The notes beneath the pieces are model-generated. The model was not told the DNA's origin, searched no databases, and saw nothing but the letters and a program-made list of their open reading frames with translations. This document shows, in pieces, positions 1 to 8,797 of a stretch of 32,000 nt of DNA. The first letter of the stretch is position 1. Every line of letters begins with the position of its first letter. Source of the DNA: Gemmata obscuriglobus (GTDB lineage: Bacteria; Planctomycetota; Planctomycetia; Gemmatales; Gemmataceae); assembly GCF_008065095.1 (NCBI RefSeq), contig NZ_CP042911.1, positions 7,680,001 through 7,712,000 on the forward strand, in the 5' to 3' direction. Both the position numbers and the translations under genes were made by a program.

Positions 1-1
1 G

Positions 2-388
<387 letters not shown>

Positions 389-420
389 CGGTCGGCGCGA
401 GCGACTTCAACAACCCCGTG

Positions 421-527
421 CCCGGGGCGTTCGCCCCGGGCTATTGTCCGCGACCCCGTTGGGGTCGGGGGAACAGGTTTTCGACCCCGACGGGGTCGCG
501 GGAAATAGCCCGGGGCGAAAACCCCGG
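421..527. repeat. composite palindromic element in the gltB-gltD spacer (two inverted ~47-nt units, four GC-rich hairpins)
   Basis: Local hairpins are at 421-440 (9-bp stem), 451-467 (7 bp), 482-498 (7 bp) and 510-527 (6 bp). In addition, 433-467 matches the reverse complement of 482-516 at 32 of 35 positions by hand alignment. Confidence 0.8.
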
Positions 528-573
528 CGCCTCAACGGAGGAGCGGCGGCGTCGAGCGCCGATCGTGAGCACA

Positions 574-2040
574 ATGGCAGACCCGCGTGGGTTCTTGAAC
601 GTCGAGTTGCAGAAGCCGACCCCCCGGCCGATCCACCTGCGCGTCCGCGACTACGACGAGCTGTACCAGCCGATGCCGGTCGCGAGCACGCGCGCGCAGG
701 CGACGCGGTGCATGGACTGCGGCATCCCGTTCTGTCACACCGGGTGCCCGCTGGGCAACCGCATCCCGGACTGGAACGACCTGGTCCACCGGAACCGGTG
801 GCAGGAGGCGCTGACCGCGCTGCACGACACGAACAACTTCCCGGAGTTCACCGGCAAGACGTGCCCGGCCCCGTGCGAGGCGTCGTGCGTGCTGGCGCTC
901 AACGGCGCGGCCGTCACGATCAAGACGATCGAGCAGGCGATCGTCGACCACGGCTGGGAGCAGGGCTGGATCGTCCCCGAGCCGCCGGGCCACTCGACGG
1001 GCAAGTCCGTGGGCGTCGTCGGGAGCGGGCCGGCGGGCCTGGCGGCCGCGCAGCAGTTGCGCCGGGCCGGGCACGCGGTCACGGTGTACGAGCGCGACGA
1101 CCGGCTGGGCGGGCTGCTGATCTACGGCATCCCCGACTTCAAGATGTCGAAGGACTACGTCGCCCGGCGCATCCACCAGATGCGCGAGGAGGGCGTCGAG
1201 TTCGTCACGAACGCCGACATCGGCAAGAACGTGGACCCGCAGGAGCTGCGGGCGAAGCACGACGCGCTGGTGCTGACCGTGGGCGCCACGCGGCCGCGCG
1301 AACTCGACATCCCGGGCCGCAACCTCCAGGGCGTCGTGCAGGCGATGACGTTCCTGACGGCCCAGAACCGCCGCGGGCTGGGCGACCAGCTCCCGGCCGA
1401 CAGCATCAGCGCCGCCGGCAAGAACATCATCATCATCGGCGGCGGCGACACCGCGGCGGACTGCCTGGGCACCTGCCACCGGCAGGGCGCCAAGTCGGTG
1501 CTGCAACTGGACTACAACCCGTGCCCGCCGGAGAACGTGAACCCGGACACGCCGTGGCCGCTGTGGCCCAAGATCCTGCGCATCACCCCCGCGCACGAGG
1601 AGGGCGGCAAGCGCGACTGGCAGATCAAGACCCAGCGGTTCGCCGGCGACGACCAGGGGCGCGTCACGGAGCTGCACGCGGTCCGCGTCCACCACTACTT
1701 CGACAAAGACGGCGAGCGCCAGTTCGAGGAGCTGCACGGCTCGGAGCTGGTGTTCCCGTGCGACCTCGTACTGCTGGCGATCGGCTTCGCGGGGCCAGAG
1801 CGGAGCCTGCCGGAGCGGCTGGGGCTGGCGATGACGGAGGGCGGCGCGATCCGCAGCGACGCGAAGTACGCGACATCGGTCCGCGGGGTGTTCACGGCGG
1901 GCGACTGCCGCCGCGGGCAGTCGCTGGTGGTGTGGGCGATCGCCGAGGGCCGCGAGGCCGCCCGGCACGTGGACGAGTTCCTGACCGGCCAGCCGAGCCG
2001 GCTCCGCGGCCGTGACCTGCCGCTGAGCCTCATCCGCTGA
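574..2040 (+). CDS. gltD: glutamate synthase (NADPH) small subunit
   Basis: MADPRGFLNVE N-terminus. Fe-S cysteine clusters CMDCGIPFCH / GCPLGN / CPAPCEASC. Dinucleotide-binding motifs VVGSGPAGLAAA and IIIGGGDTAADC. I moved the start to ATG 574 because the upstream part of ORF 367..2040 only reads through the palindromic spacer. Confidence 0.93.
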   Translation: MADPRGFLNVELQKPTPRPIHLRVRDYDELYQPMPVASTRAQATRCMDCGIPFCHTGCPLGNRIPDWNDLVHRNRWQEALTALHDTNNFPEFTGKTCPAPCEASCVLALNGAAVTIKTIEQAIVDHGWEQGWIVPEPPGHSTGKSVGVVGSGPAGLAAAQQLRRAGHAVTVYERDDRLGGLLIYGIPDFKMSKDYVARRIHQMREEGVEFVTNADIGKNVDPQELRAKHDALVLTVGATRPRELDIPGRNLQGVVQAMTFLTAQNRRGLGDQLPADSISAAGKNIIIIGGGDTAADCLGTCHRQGAKSVLQLDYNPCPPENVNPDTPWPLWPKILRITPAHEEGGKRDWQIKTQRFAGDDQGRVTELHAVRVHHYFDKDGERQFEELHGSELVFPCDLVLLAIGFAGPERSLPERLGLAMTEGGAIRSDAKYATSVRGVFTAGDCRRGQSLVVWAIAEGREAARHVDEFLTGQPSRLRGRDLPLSLIR

Positions 2041-2068
2041 GCCGGCCGTGGCCGTAACCGAGTACCTT

Positions 2069-2103
2069 CGCACCCGGGTCTTGATCTTCAAGGCCCGGGT
2101 GCG
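2069..2103 (+). terminator. stem-loop downstream of gltD (candidate terminator)
   Basis: Perfect 10-bp stem CGCACCCGGG / CCCGGGTGCG with a 15-nt loop, 29 nt after the gltD stop. Only a weak T-rich tail (ATGCGTTTGG) follows. Confidence 0.5.
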
Positions 2104-2661
2104 ATGCGTTTGGCGCCTGCGAACTCACTTCTGGGATCGCCGCGATCGCCCGGCAGACTGATTTTCGATTGGTCTAATACAATAACATGCGTGGCGTTAG
2201 GGCCGAAAATCTGTCATCACCCGGGCGGCCCGGTTCCGGTCCATTGCGCGGTTGTGAAAGCGAGAAGCCCGTTGGACATTCCCGAACACGATCCCCGCAG
2301 TAGGTGCGTGGCGGGCACCTGGGTCGTCGAGCCACAGAACGACGCTCTCACTCGGACCCCGGCGTTCGGGCAAAGGTTCTTCCGCGCCGCATTCAGCGAG
2401 TTCGCGGCGGTTGCGGCCGGCGTCCGCTTTCTGCGGTGGTCCTTGCAACCTGAGCATGTGTACGCCGTATTCGACCTGCACCGAGGAGGGGCTGGGGTTC
2501 AAATCGATCCCGACCTGGAATACATCATCGTGTGGGGCGCCGGTGGGCAGGGGGAGTACGGCGACTGGGATGGCGATCAGGTGCCCCCGGCGATGGACTA
2601 CCTCCGGCGTCTGATCGAGGGAGGGAGTGATTCACCAGAACTGAAAGAGCGTTTGAGTTGA
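2104..2661 (+). CDS. hypothetical protein, start uncertain (in-frame GTG at 2308 is more plausible)
   Basis: The ATG at 2104 abuts the terminator hairpin and has no RBS. The C-terminal ~118 aa (VAGTWVVEPQND...EYIIVWGAGGQGEYGDWDGDQVPPAMDYLRRLIEGG) has a coding-like third-position GC bias. I recognise no motif. Confidence 0.35.
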   Translation: MRLAPANSLLGSPRSPGRLIFDWSNTITCVALGPKICHHPGGPVPVHCAVVKARSPLDIPEHDPRSRCVAGTWVVEPQNDALTRTPAFGQRFFRAAFSEFAAVAAGVRFLRWSLQPEHVYAVFDLHRGGAGVQIDPDLEYIIVWGAGGQGEYGDWDGDQVPPAMDYLRRLIEGGSDSPELKERLS

Positions 2662-2858
2662 GTCGGTCAGGGCTGCAGATCGCTGACGAAATTGCGGGAG
2701 TACAGAATCATGATTCCCGGGCTTCTCGGCACCGAAAAACGGCCGCTGGGGTAAGAGTTCTACCGCTCTCCGACGAACAGGTAGGAGCCCTGTGTTGTTC
2801 CCTTCCGTAGCCGGTCCCGCAGAGACGAGCGGCAGAACGGAAGTGGCGGAGGACGGAT

Positions 2859-3944
2859 ATGGTCTTGCGGAACGGGAGCCCGGTGGTGCTGGCGGGTCTG
2901 ATTGGGATCGCGTGTTGCGGGTGCGGTCCGCAAGGGGGAGCGGCGACAGCGCCGGCCGCGAGTTCATCAACGAACGCGCCGACGGAGGCCCCACCGGTCG
3001 CCAAGCCGGACCGCGCGCCCGAAACGACAGGGGCGCCGGAAGTCGCTGCTCCCAAACCGTCCGGCCCGCCGCCGGTTGTCAAAGTGGCGGTCGGCAAGGA
3101 GCCGAACTACGTCAACCTGATCCCGAAAGAGGCGCCGCCGGTCCCGACGTTCCCGGCACTGGACAAGAAGCCCGGGCACCTCCGCGGGTACGTCAAGGAC
3201 GCCGCTGGGAAGCCGCTCCAGGGGGCTTACATCGGCGTCCGGTCGACCGTCGTCGGCGGCCGGTATTCGGGCGCTCACGCGGAGTCGGACGAGAAGGGCT
3301 ACTACGAGGTCCAGGTGCCGCTCGGGGCCGCCCACTTCTACGCCGCGGGGTACACGGTGGACTACGCCGACGGCCGGGCCGCGTTGTCTCTTCATCCGGC
3401 TGACGGGAAACTCACCTCGTTCGCCTCGGCCGACGGGTCGGTCGAGAACTTCGTGCTCTGGACTTACGGCGCGGCGGACAAAGACGGGCTGAGCGAGAAC
3501 CCGCGGCTGCGGAGCAACTTCTACGGCGGCTCGCTATACATCGGGCACCACCTCAACGAACCCGGCGAGGCGCTGGGGCTGCCGAACAACCTCACAACGG
3601 GAACGGAAATCGAGGTCACCCTGACCCCCGAAGGGCGCCTGCTGGACGGCAGCGTCGGGAAGACGTTCGTGGTCCGGAAGGCCGTGTTCAGCACGGGTTT
3701 CGCCATCAACAACATCCCGGTCGGTCAGTACCGGCTCACCGCGAAGCGGGCCGACGGTCAGCCGCTGAAGATGCGCCTGAACAAGCCGAGCGGGCTGGCG
3801 TTCGGGATCGTTCCGAAGGAGACGACGGAGGGCGCCGTTCTGTCCCTGCACCCGGGCGGCGCGAAGGCCGGAATGGTGACACCGGGGCGCGGGAGTTGGG
3901 AAGCCGTCGAGGTGTACGTCGAGATCCCCGAGAGCAAGAAGTGA
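2859..3944 (+). CDS. secreted lipoprotein with a carboxypeptidase-regulatory-like beta-sandwich segment
   Basis: GGAGGA RBS 5 nt before the ATG. Signal peptide with a Cys-rich lipobox region (LAGLIGIACCGCG), then a Pro/Ala linker. GYVKDAAGKPLQGAYIGVRS..GYYEVQVP resembles CarboxypepD_reg-type domains. Confidence 0.75.
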   Translation: MVLRNGSPVVLAGLIGIACCGCGPQGGAATAPAASSSTNAPTEAPPVAKPDRAPETTGAPEVAAPKPSGPPPVVKVAVGKEPNYVNLIPKEAPPVPTFPALDKKPGHLRGYVKDAAGKPLQGAYIGVRSTVVGGRYSGAHAESDEKGYYEVQVPLGAAHFYAAGYTVDYADGRAALSLHPADGKLTSFASADGSVENFVLWTYGAADKDGLSENPRLRSNFYGGSLYIGHHLNEPGEALGLPNNLTTGTEIEVTLTPEGRLLDGSVGKTFVVRKAVFSTGFAINNIPVGQYRLTAKRADGQPLKMRLNKPSGLAFGIVPKETTEGAVLSLHPGGAKAGMVTPGRGSWEAVEVYVEIPESKK

Positions 3945-3970
3945 GAGCCACCGGCCTGGTGTTGAGAGTT

Positions 3971-3997
3971 CGGCACAGACGGGATGCGTCTGTGCCG
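3971..3997. terminator. hairpin between convergent genes (lipoprotein / alaS)
   Basis: CGGCACAGACG ggatg CGTCTGTGCCG, a perfect 11-bp stem located between the stop at 3944 and the alaS stop at 4047. Confidence 0.55.
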
Positions 3998-4046
3998 AGC
4001 GCGTTAAGCTCAATCAGATACCAGAATTCGGGCGGGCGAAGCGGCA

Positions 4047-6758
4047 TCACTTCGCGAGCAGGTCGCGCCCGAGGCGATCGGCCTTTTGGAGCGCTTCGGG
4101 CAGCTTCGCGGGCTCCTTCCCGCCGGCCTGCGCCTGCTCCGGCTTCCCGCCGCCGCCGCCGCCGATCACCGGGGCGACCTGCTTCACCACGTCCCCGGCC
4201 TTCAGCCCCTTCTTCACGAGGTCCGGCGTGAGCGCGGCGATCAGGAACGCGCTCTCCGGGCCTTCCGACCACCCGAACACCACGAACGCCGATCCGCACT
4301 TCTGCTTCACGCGGTCGATCTGCGTGCGGACCGTTTCGTTGCTCGCACCGTCGGGCAGCTTCGCCACGACCACCTTCGACCCGCCCACGTCCGGCGCCGA
4401 CGCGATCAACTCGTCGACCACCCCCGTGAGGGCCGCGGCGACTGCTTTCTTGAGCTGCGCCTGGGCCGCCTTCAGTTGCTCCTGGAGCGCCCCGACGCGC
4501 GTGGGCAGTTCGTCCGGGCGGCACTGGAACGTGCCCGCGAGTTCGTCCACGATCGCGCTGCGCGTCTGCACGTCCTCGTAAGCCGGCTTCCCGGTGACGG
4601 CGGTGATGCGCCGGATGCCCTTCGCCACGCCTTCCTGGGAGACGATCTTGAAGTACCCGATGGTGCCGGTGCGCGGCAAATGCGTCCCGCCGCAGAACTC
4701 CACCGACATGTCCTGGGTCACCTTCTCGGGCGCCTCGGCGCCGATCATGACGACGCGCACAGGGTCCGGGTACTTCTCGCCGAACACCGCGCGCACGCCC
4801 GGCAGCCCTTTGGCCTGCGCCAGCGGCATCGTTTGCGCCGTGACCACCTGATCCAGCACGACCTGCCGGTTCACCCGGCGCTCGATCTCGCGCAGCTCCT
4901 CGGCCGTCACCGGCTTGTCGTGCGAGAAGTCGAACCGGGTCTTCTCCTCGTCCACGAGCGAGCCCTTCTGCTCGACGTGGTGCCCCAGCACCTCGCGCAG
5001 CGCGAGGTTCAGCAGGTGCGTGGCGGTGTGGTTCCGCATCACGTCAATGCGGCGCGTCGTGGTTTGCTGAAGGGTGACCCGGTCGCCGACCTTCAACTCG
5101 CCCGCGAGCAGCGCGCCGACGTGCAGCACCGTTTCGCCGAGCCGCTGCGTGTCTTCCACCTCGAACTCGGCGCCGGCGGTGCCGGGCCGGTCGATGGTGC
5201 CGGTGTCGCCCACCTGCCCGCCCTGCTCGGCGTAGAAGTTCGTGCGGTCCAGCAGCAGCGCCGCCGAATCGCCGGCCTTCAGCGCGCCGGTCCGGACCAC
5301 CTCGTTGTCAACGACCCAGCCGAGCACGGTCGCGTCGACGACCGCGGCGTCGTACTTGGGGGCGTCGTCGGTCGGGGGCAGGTCGCCCTTCACGGCCGTG
5401 ACGGCGAACTTCTTCCCGCCGGCCCTCGCGCCGTCCTGGGCGATTTTCATCTCCTCTTCAAAGCCCGGCACATCGACCGTCAGGCCCTGCTCCTGGGCCA
5501 TCTGGAGCGTGATGTCGATGATGACGCCGTAGGTGTCGTGGAGCTTGAACGCCTCCTTGCCGCTCACCTGCGTGCGCCCCTCGTCCTTCATCTGCGCGGC
5601 GATGCGGTTGAACAGCGTGATCCCGCGCCGCAGGGTGCGCAGGAACGCCGCCTCTTCGTCGCGGATCTGGTCCTTGACCTTGTGCGGGTTCTTCTTCAGC
5701 TCCGGGAACGCCGCGCCGAAGTGCTCCACCACCGTGTCAACGAGCCGGTAGAGGAACGGCTCGTTCGTGCCGAGCACCTGGTACCCGTACCGCTCCGCGC
5801 GCCGCAGGATGCGCTTGAGCACGTAGTCGCGCCCCACGTTCCCGATGGTCGCGCCGTCGGTGAGCGCGAACGTGAGCGTGCGGATGTGGTCCGCGATCAC
5901 CCGGTACGCCGTGTCCTTCAGGTCGTTCAGGTCGCCGCCGTAGGGCCGGTCGCACAGCGTGACCTTCTGGATCGCCTCGAACAGCGGGGTGAACACGTCC
6001 GTGTCGTAGTTGCTGCTCTTCCCCTGCACCACCGAGCAGATGCGCTCGAACCCCATGCCCGTGTCGACGTGCTGGGCGGGCAGCGGCGTGAGGCTCTGGT
6101 CCTCGTTCCGGTTGAACTGGATGAACACCAGGTTCCAGATCTCGATGACCTTGTCCGTGCCGCCGTTCACCAGCGGGCCGCCGCTCTTGTCGGGCGTGCG
6201 GTCAATGTGGATCTCGGTACACGGCCCGCACGGCCCGGTGTTCCCCATCTCCCAGAAGTTGTCCTTCTTGTTGCCGAGGTGGATGCGCTCCTCGGGCACG
6301 CCGACCGCCTTCCAGAACCCCGCCGCCTCGTCGTCGCGCGGGATGCCGTTCGCCGGGTCGCCTTCGAAGACGGTGACGTGCAGGCGCGTCGGGTCGAGCT
6401 TCCACACCTCGGTGAGCAGCTCCCACGCCCACGCGATCGCGTCCTTCTTGAAGTAGTCCCCGAAGCTCCAGTTCCCGAGCATCTCGAAGAACGTGTGGTG
6501 GTACGTGTCCCGGCCCACGTCGTCGAGGTCGTTGTGCTTGCCGCCCGCGCGGATGCACTTCTGGGTGTTCGCGACCCGCACCACCGGCGGCTTCTCGGTG
6601 CCGAGGAAGTACGGCTTGAACTGGTTCATGCCCGCGTTGGCGAACAGCAGCGTCGGGTCGTTGAGCGGCACCACCGGCGACGACGCGATGTTCGTGTGCC
6701 CGTGCTTCTTGCAGAAGAAGTCGACGAACTGCTGACGAATTTCGCTGGAAGAAAGCAT
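4047..6758 (-). CDS. alaS: alanine--tRNA ligase
   Basis: 903 aa. N-terminus MLSSSEIRQQFVDFFCKKHGHT..., with FANAGMNQFK, a WSFGDYFK-type motif, an editing-domain HTATHLL motif and a C-terminal GGGGGKPEQAQAGG DHHA1-like tail. Confidence 0.97.
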   Translation of the reverse strand: MLSSSEIRQQFVDFFCKKHGHTNIASSPVVPLNDPTLLFANAGMNQFKPYFLGTEKPPVVRVANTQKCIRAGGKHNDLDDVGRDTYHHTFFEMLGNWSFGDYFKKDAIAWAWELLTEVWKLDPTRLHVTVFEGDPANGIPRDDEAAGFWKAVGVPEERIHLGNKKDNFWEMGNTGPCGPCTEIHIDRTPDKSGGPLVNGGTDKVIEIWNLVFIQFNRNEDQSLTPLPAQHVDTGMGFERICSVVQGKSSNYDTDVFTPLFEAIQKVTLCDRPYGGDLNDLKDTAYRVIADHIRTLTFALTDGATIGNVGRDYVLKRILRRAERYGYQVLGTNEPFLYRLVDTVVEHFGAAFPELKKNPHKVKDQIRDEEAAFLRTLRRGITLFNRIAAQMKDEGRTQVSGKEAFKLHDTYGVIIDITLQMAQEQGLTVDVPGFEEEMKIAQDGARAGGKKFAVTAVKGDLPPTDDAPKYDAAVVDATVLGWVVDNEVVRTGALKAGDSAALLLDRTNFYAEQGGQVGDTGTIDRPGTAGAEFEVEDTQRLGETVLHVGALLAGELKVGDRVTLQQTTTRRIDVMRNHTATHLLNLALREVLGHHVEQKGSLVDEEKTRFDFSHDKPVTAEELREIERRVNRQVVLDQVVTAQTMPLAQAKGLPGVRAVFGEKYPDPVRVVMIGAEAPEKVTQDMSVEFCGGTHLPRTGTIGYFKIVSQEGVAKGIRRITAVTGKPAYEDVQTRSAIVDELAGTFQCRPDELPTRVGALQEQLKAAQAQLKKAVAAALTGVVDELIASAPDVGGSKVVVAKLPDGASNETVRTQIDRVKQKCGSAFVVFGWSEGPESAFLIAALTPDLVKKGLKAGDVVKQVAPVIGGGGGGKPEQAQAGGKEPAKLPEALQKADRLGRDLLAK

Positions 6759-6996
6759 GCGGTTCTCGCGTGTGATGGCGCACCCGGTCGGCGGCGCGGC
6801 GCCGGGGGGTGCAGTACGGAGAAAGACACGGACTCTGCCGGAAAGTTCAAGTGGTTGGTGCGAACGGCACCGGGGCGCGGAATCTCGGACGATCCGCCGG
6901 AAACGGATTTGCTACCCCGCCCGGAGTTGGCTAACCTGTGCACAGCTAGACCCCTAGCACTTCGCTATTTCCAAATCTTGAATCGGAGAAGGTCGA

Positions 6997-7392
6997 ATGG
7001 CCCGCGACCGTTACGACGACGAGGACGACGAGCGTGAGCCGCCACGGGGGCGTGGCCGCTCGCGCGACGACGACGACGAACCGCCACGGGGGCGCGGCCG
7101 CTCGCGCGACGACGATGAGGACGATGACGACGACTACCGGCCGAACCGCCCCAAGAAGTTGACGGGCATCGACGGATTGATGAACGGGACGGTCTCCGTC
7201 GTTCTGTTCGCGCTCTTCAGCTTTTGCTGCTGCTGGCCCTTGGGCGTGATCTTGGGCATCATCGGTCTGGTGACCTGCAAGAACCCGGACTCCAAGCGGA
7301 ACTCGATTATCGTGCTCGTGGCGGGCGTGGCTGGGATCATCCTCAACGTCATCCTGTATGTCAGTGGCGTGACGAACAATGCCCTCAAGTGA
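6997..7392 (+). CDS. small membrane protein, DUF4190-like C-terminus with a charged repeat N-terminus
   Basis: GGAGAAGG RBS. The N-terminal 45 aa are almost only D/E/R/G/P with a duplicated EPPRGRGRSRDDD unit. The C-terminus has two TM helices with a CCCWPLGVILGIIGLV motif, as in DUF4190-type proteins. Confidence 0.75.
   Translation: MARDRYDDEDDEREPPRGRGRSRDDDDEPPRGRGRSRDDDEDDDDDYRPNRPKKLTGIDGLMNGTVSVVLFALFSFCCCWPLGVILGIIGLVTCKNPDSKRNSIIVLVAGVAGIILNVILYVSGVTNNALK
7036..7119 (+). repeat. in-frame 42-bp tandem duplication (2 copies)
   Basis: 7036-7077 and 7078-7119 match at about 38 of 42 positions by hand. They encode EPPRGRGRSRDDDD / EPPRGRGRSRDDDE. Confidence 0.8.
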
Positions 7393-7876
7393 GCCTTCGT
7401 CCGAGCGAACCGCTTCGGGCATAACTGTTGGCGCGGGACCCCGGGGGCTTACGGCCTCCGGGGTCCGTTTGACCCGATCGGTCCGTCTGGCGCTCGGGGT
7501 TCTGGTTCTGATCCTTCTCGGTGCCGTCGGCTACGTGCTCTCCACGGTGCCCCCCACTGGCAACGCGTGGTACCCCAAGTGTACCCTTCATTCCGCCACC
7601 GGTTTGCACTGCCCCGGGTGCGGCACGACGCGGGCCGCTCACGCCCTGCTTAACGGTCACATCGGGCAAGCGATTGCTTACAACGCAATCGTGTTTCTAA
7701 TATTCCCGCTGCTACCCGTTCTTCAGTTCGGTGCCCGCCGCATCCAGCGTGTCACGATGTGGTTTGCCCTCACCGCAATTCTCTTGTTTGGTGTCCTGCG
7801 TAACGTTCCGGCCGAACCGTTTAGTCGCCTCGCGCCGCACCAACTCGGTGCCACGGAAGAGCTTCCGCGGCCGTAA
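7379..7876 (+). CDS. DUF2752-type membrane protein
   Basis: The CPGCGTTRAAHALLNG motif after the first TM helix is the signature I associate with DUF2752, and more TM helices follow. The ATG at 7379 overlaps the upstream gene by 14 nt. The start is uncertain. Confidence 0.7.
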   Translation: MPSSEPSSERTASGITVGAGPRGLTASGVRLTRSVRLALGVLVLILLGAVGYVLSTVPPTGNAWYPKCTLHSATGLHCPGCGTTRAAHALLNGHIGQAIAYNAIVFLIFPLLPVLQFGARRIQRVTMWFALTAILLFGVLRNVPAEPFSRLAPHQLGATEELPRP

Positions 7877-8402
7877 CACATCGGAGCCGCCACACATCGG
7901 CGACGGTCTCCGAAGGCACCGCGGGTTGCCCTCGTCATGGCGACGGCTGACCTAACTGGCTGTTACGCGGTTAATGCGATTGCTCGTATCCGTGCACGGA
8001 TTGGCGATCGGCGCCGGGAGAAGTGGGTGCATGGGCGTGCCGTTGCGGGCCGCTTGAATGGCGCCGTAAGGTGAGGACGTTGCTGTCTGCTGTTGGCACG
8101 AGGCGATGGCGGTGAGCGCACGCTTACTAACCGGGAACCGCGTTCCGAGTGGGTGCCACAACGGGTCTTGCACCAGCGCACGGCGTGGCGCGACGCCCGG
8201 TTACTCGGCTCCGCCCAACCGCCGCAACTCCCGGCACACCGGCCTTCGAGTTGCCCGCGATGCGCTCCCAGGTCACTACAACCGGCTATCCCTGTGAATG
8301 ATTACGGATTGAGCGTTAAGTCTCCCCCCTACACATAATTGCGCGGAGGGGTTAGCTGTCTTCGATTTGCTCAGTTCATCACCTCACGCGATCGACCAAT
8401 CG

Positions 8403-8594
8403 CTATTCCTTTAAGATCATAATCTGTTTGCCGCCGGGACCGGTTGATCCGCCTTTGGCCGGTGCGGGAGTCGGTGCGGCTTGAGGCGTCGCGGGGGTGG
8501 CCGGCGACTCTTTGCCGCACCCGCTTAGTGCGATCAGAGCGATCGTTGCGGCCCCTAACAGATGGCGCACGCGAATTGACATTTTGCGTCTCAT
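8403..8594 (-). CDS. small lipoprotein
   Basis: MRRKMSIRVRHLLGAATIALIALSGC has a lipobox LSGC, followed by a Pro/Ala/Thr-rich tail. Start chosen at the internal ATG 8594 of ORF 8403..8633. Confidence 0.5.
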   Translation of the reverse strand: MRRKMSIRVRHLLGAATIALIALSGCGKESPATPATPQAAPTPAPAKGGSTGPGGKQIMILKE

Positions 8595-8742
8595 GATTCC
8601 ACGGTGTAGCCGCGACTGACTGCAGCCGATCACATGATCTGATGGGATCGACAGTCTCGATCGTCAGGCGGCGGGGCGGGCGAAGCTGTTGCGATAATGG
8701 GCGTCATGTGAGGGCCGGTTCGGCCACGAGACACGCCGCACG

Positions 8743-8787
8743 AAAACGCCCCGGCGGGCGCTTTCTTAATGAAGCGCCCGCCGGGGT
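8743..8787 (-). terminator. rho-independent terminator of the DUF1559 gene
   Basis: Perfect 15-bp stem (8749-8763 / 8772-8786, CCCCGGCGGGCGCTT / AAGCGCCCGCCGGGG). On the minus strand it is followed by CGTTTTCG. Confidence 0.65.
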
Positions 8788-8797
8788 GGTTATGACC

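Noticed and set aside
532-2091. 519-aa antisense ORF and the 444..2015 alternative-frame ORF over gltD
   Set aside because: Shadow ORFs. gltD carries the Fe-S and FAD/NAD motifs in the 574..2040 frame.
6759-6996. T-box or another leader element upstream of alaS
   Set aside because: I saw no T-box consensus or convincing terminator/antiterminator pair. The region is more simply a divergent promoter spacer.
4086-7037. 983-aa ORF on the + strand
   Set aside because: It is exactly antisense to alaS. The product is Arg/Ala/Leu/Pro/His-rich low complexity, typical of shadow frames in high-GC DNA. alaS on the minus strand has unmistakable conserved motifs.
7877-8402. RNase P RNA, tmRNA or SRP RNA in the ORF-free gap
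   Set aside because: I searched by eye on both strands for the GAGGAAAGTCC-type RNase P core, a tRNA-like tmRNA 3' end (…TTCGAATCC…CCACCA-like) and the SRP GGAAG/AGCA motif, and found none. The region is kept only as an unexplained gap.
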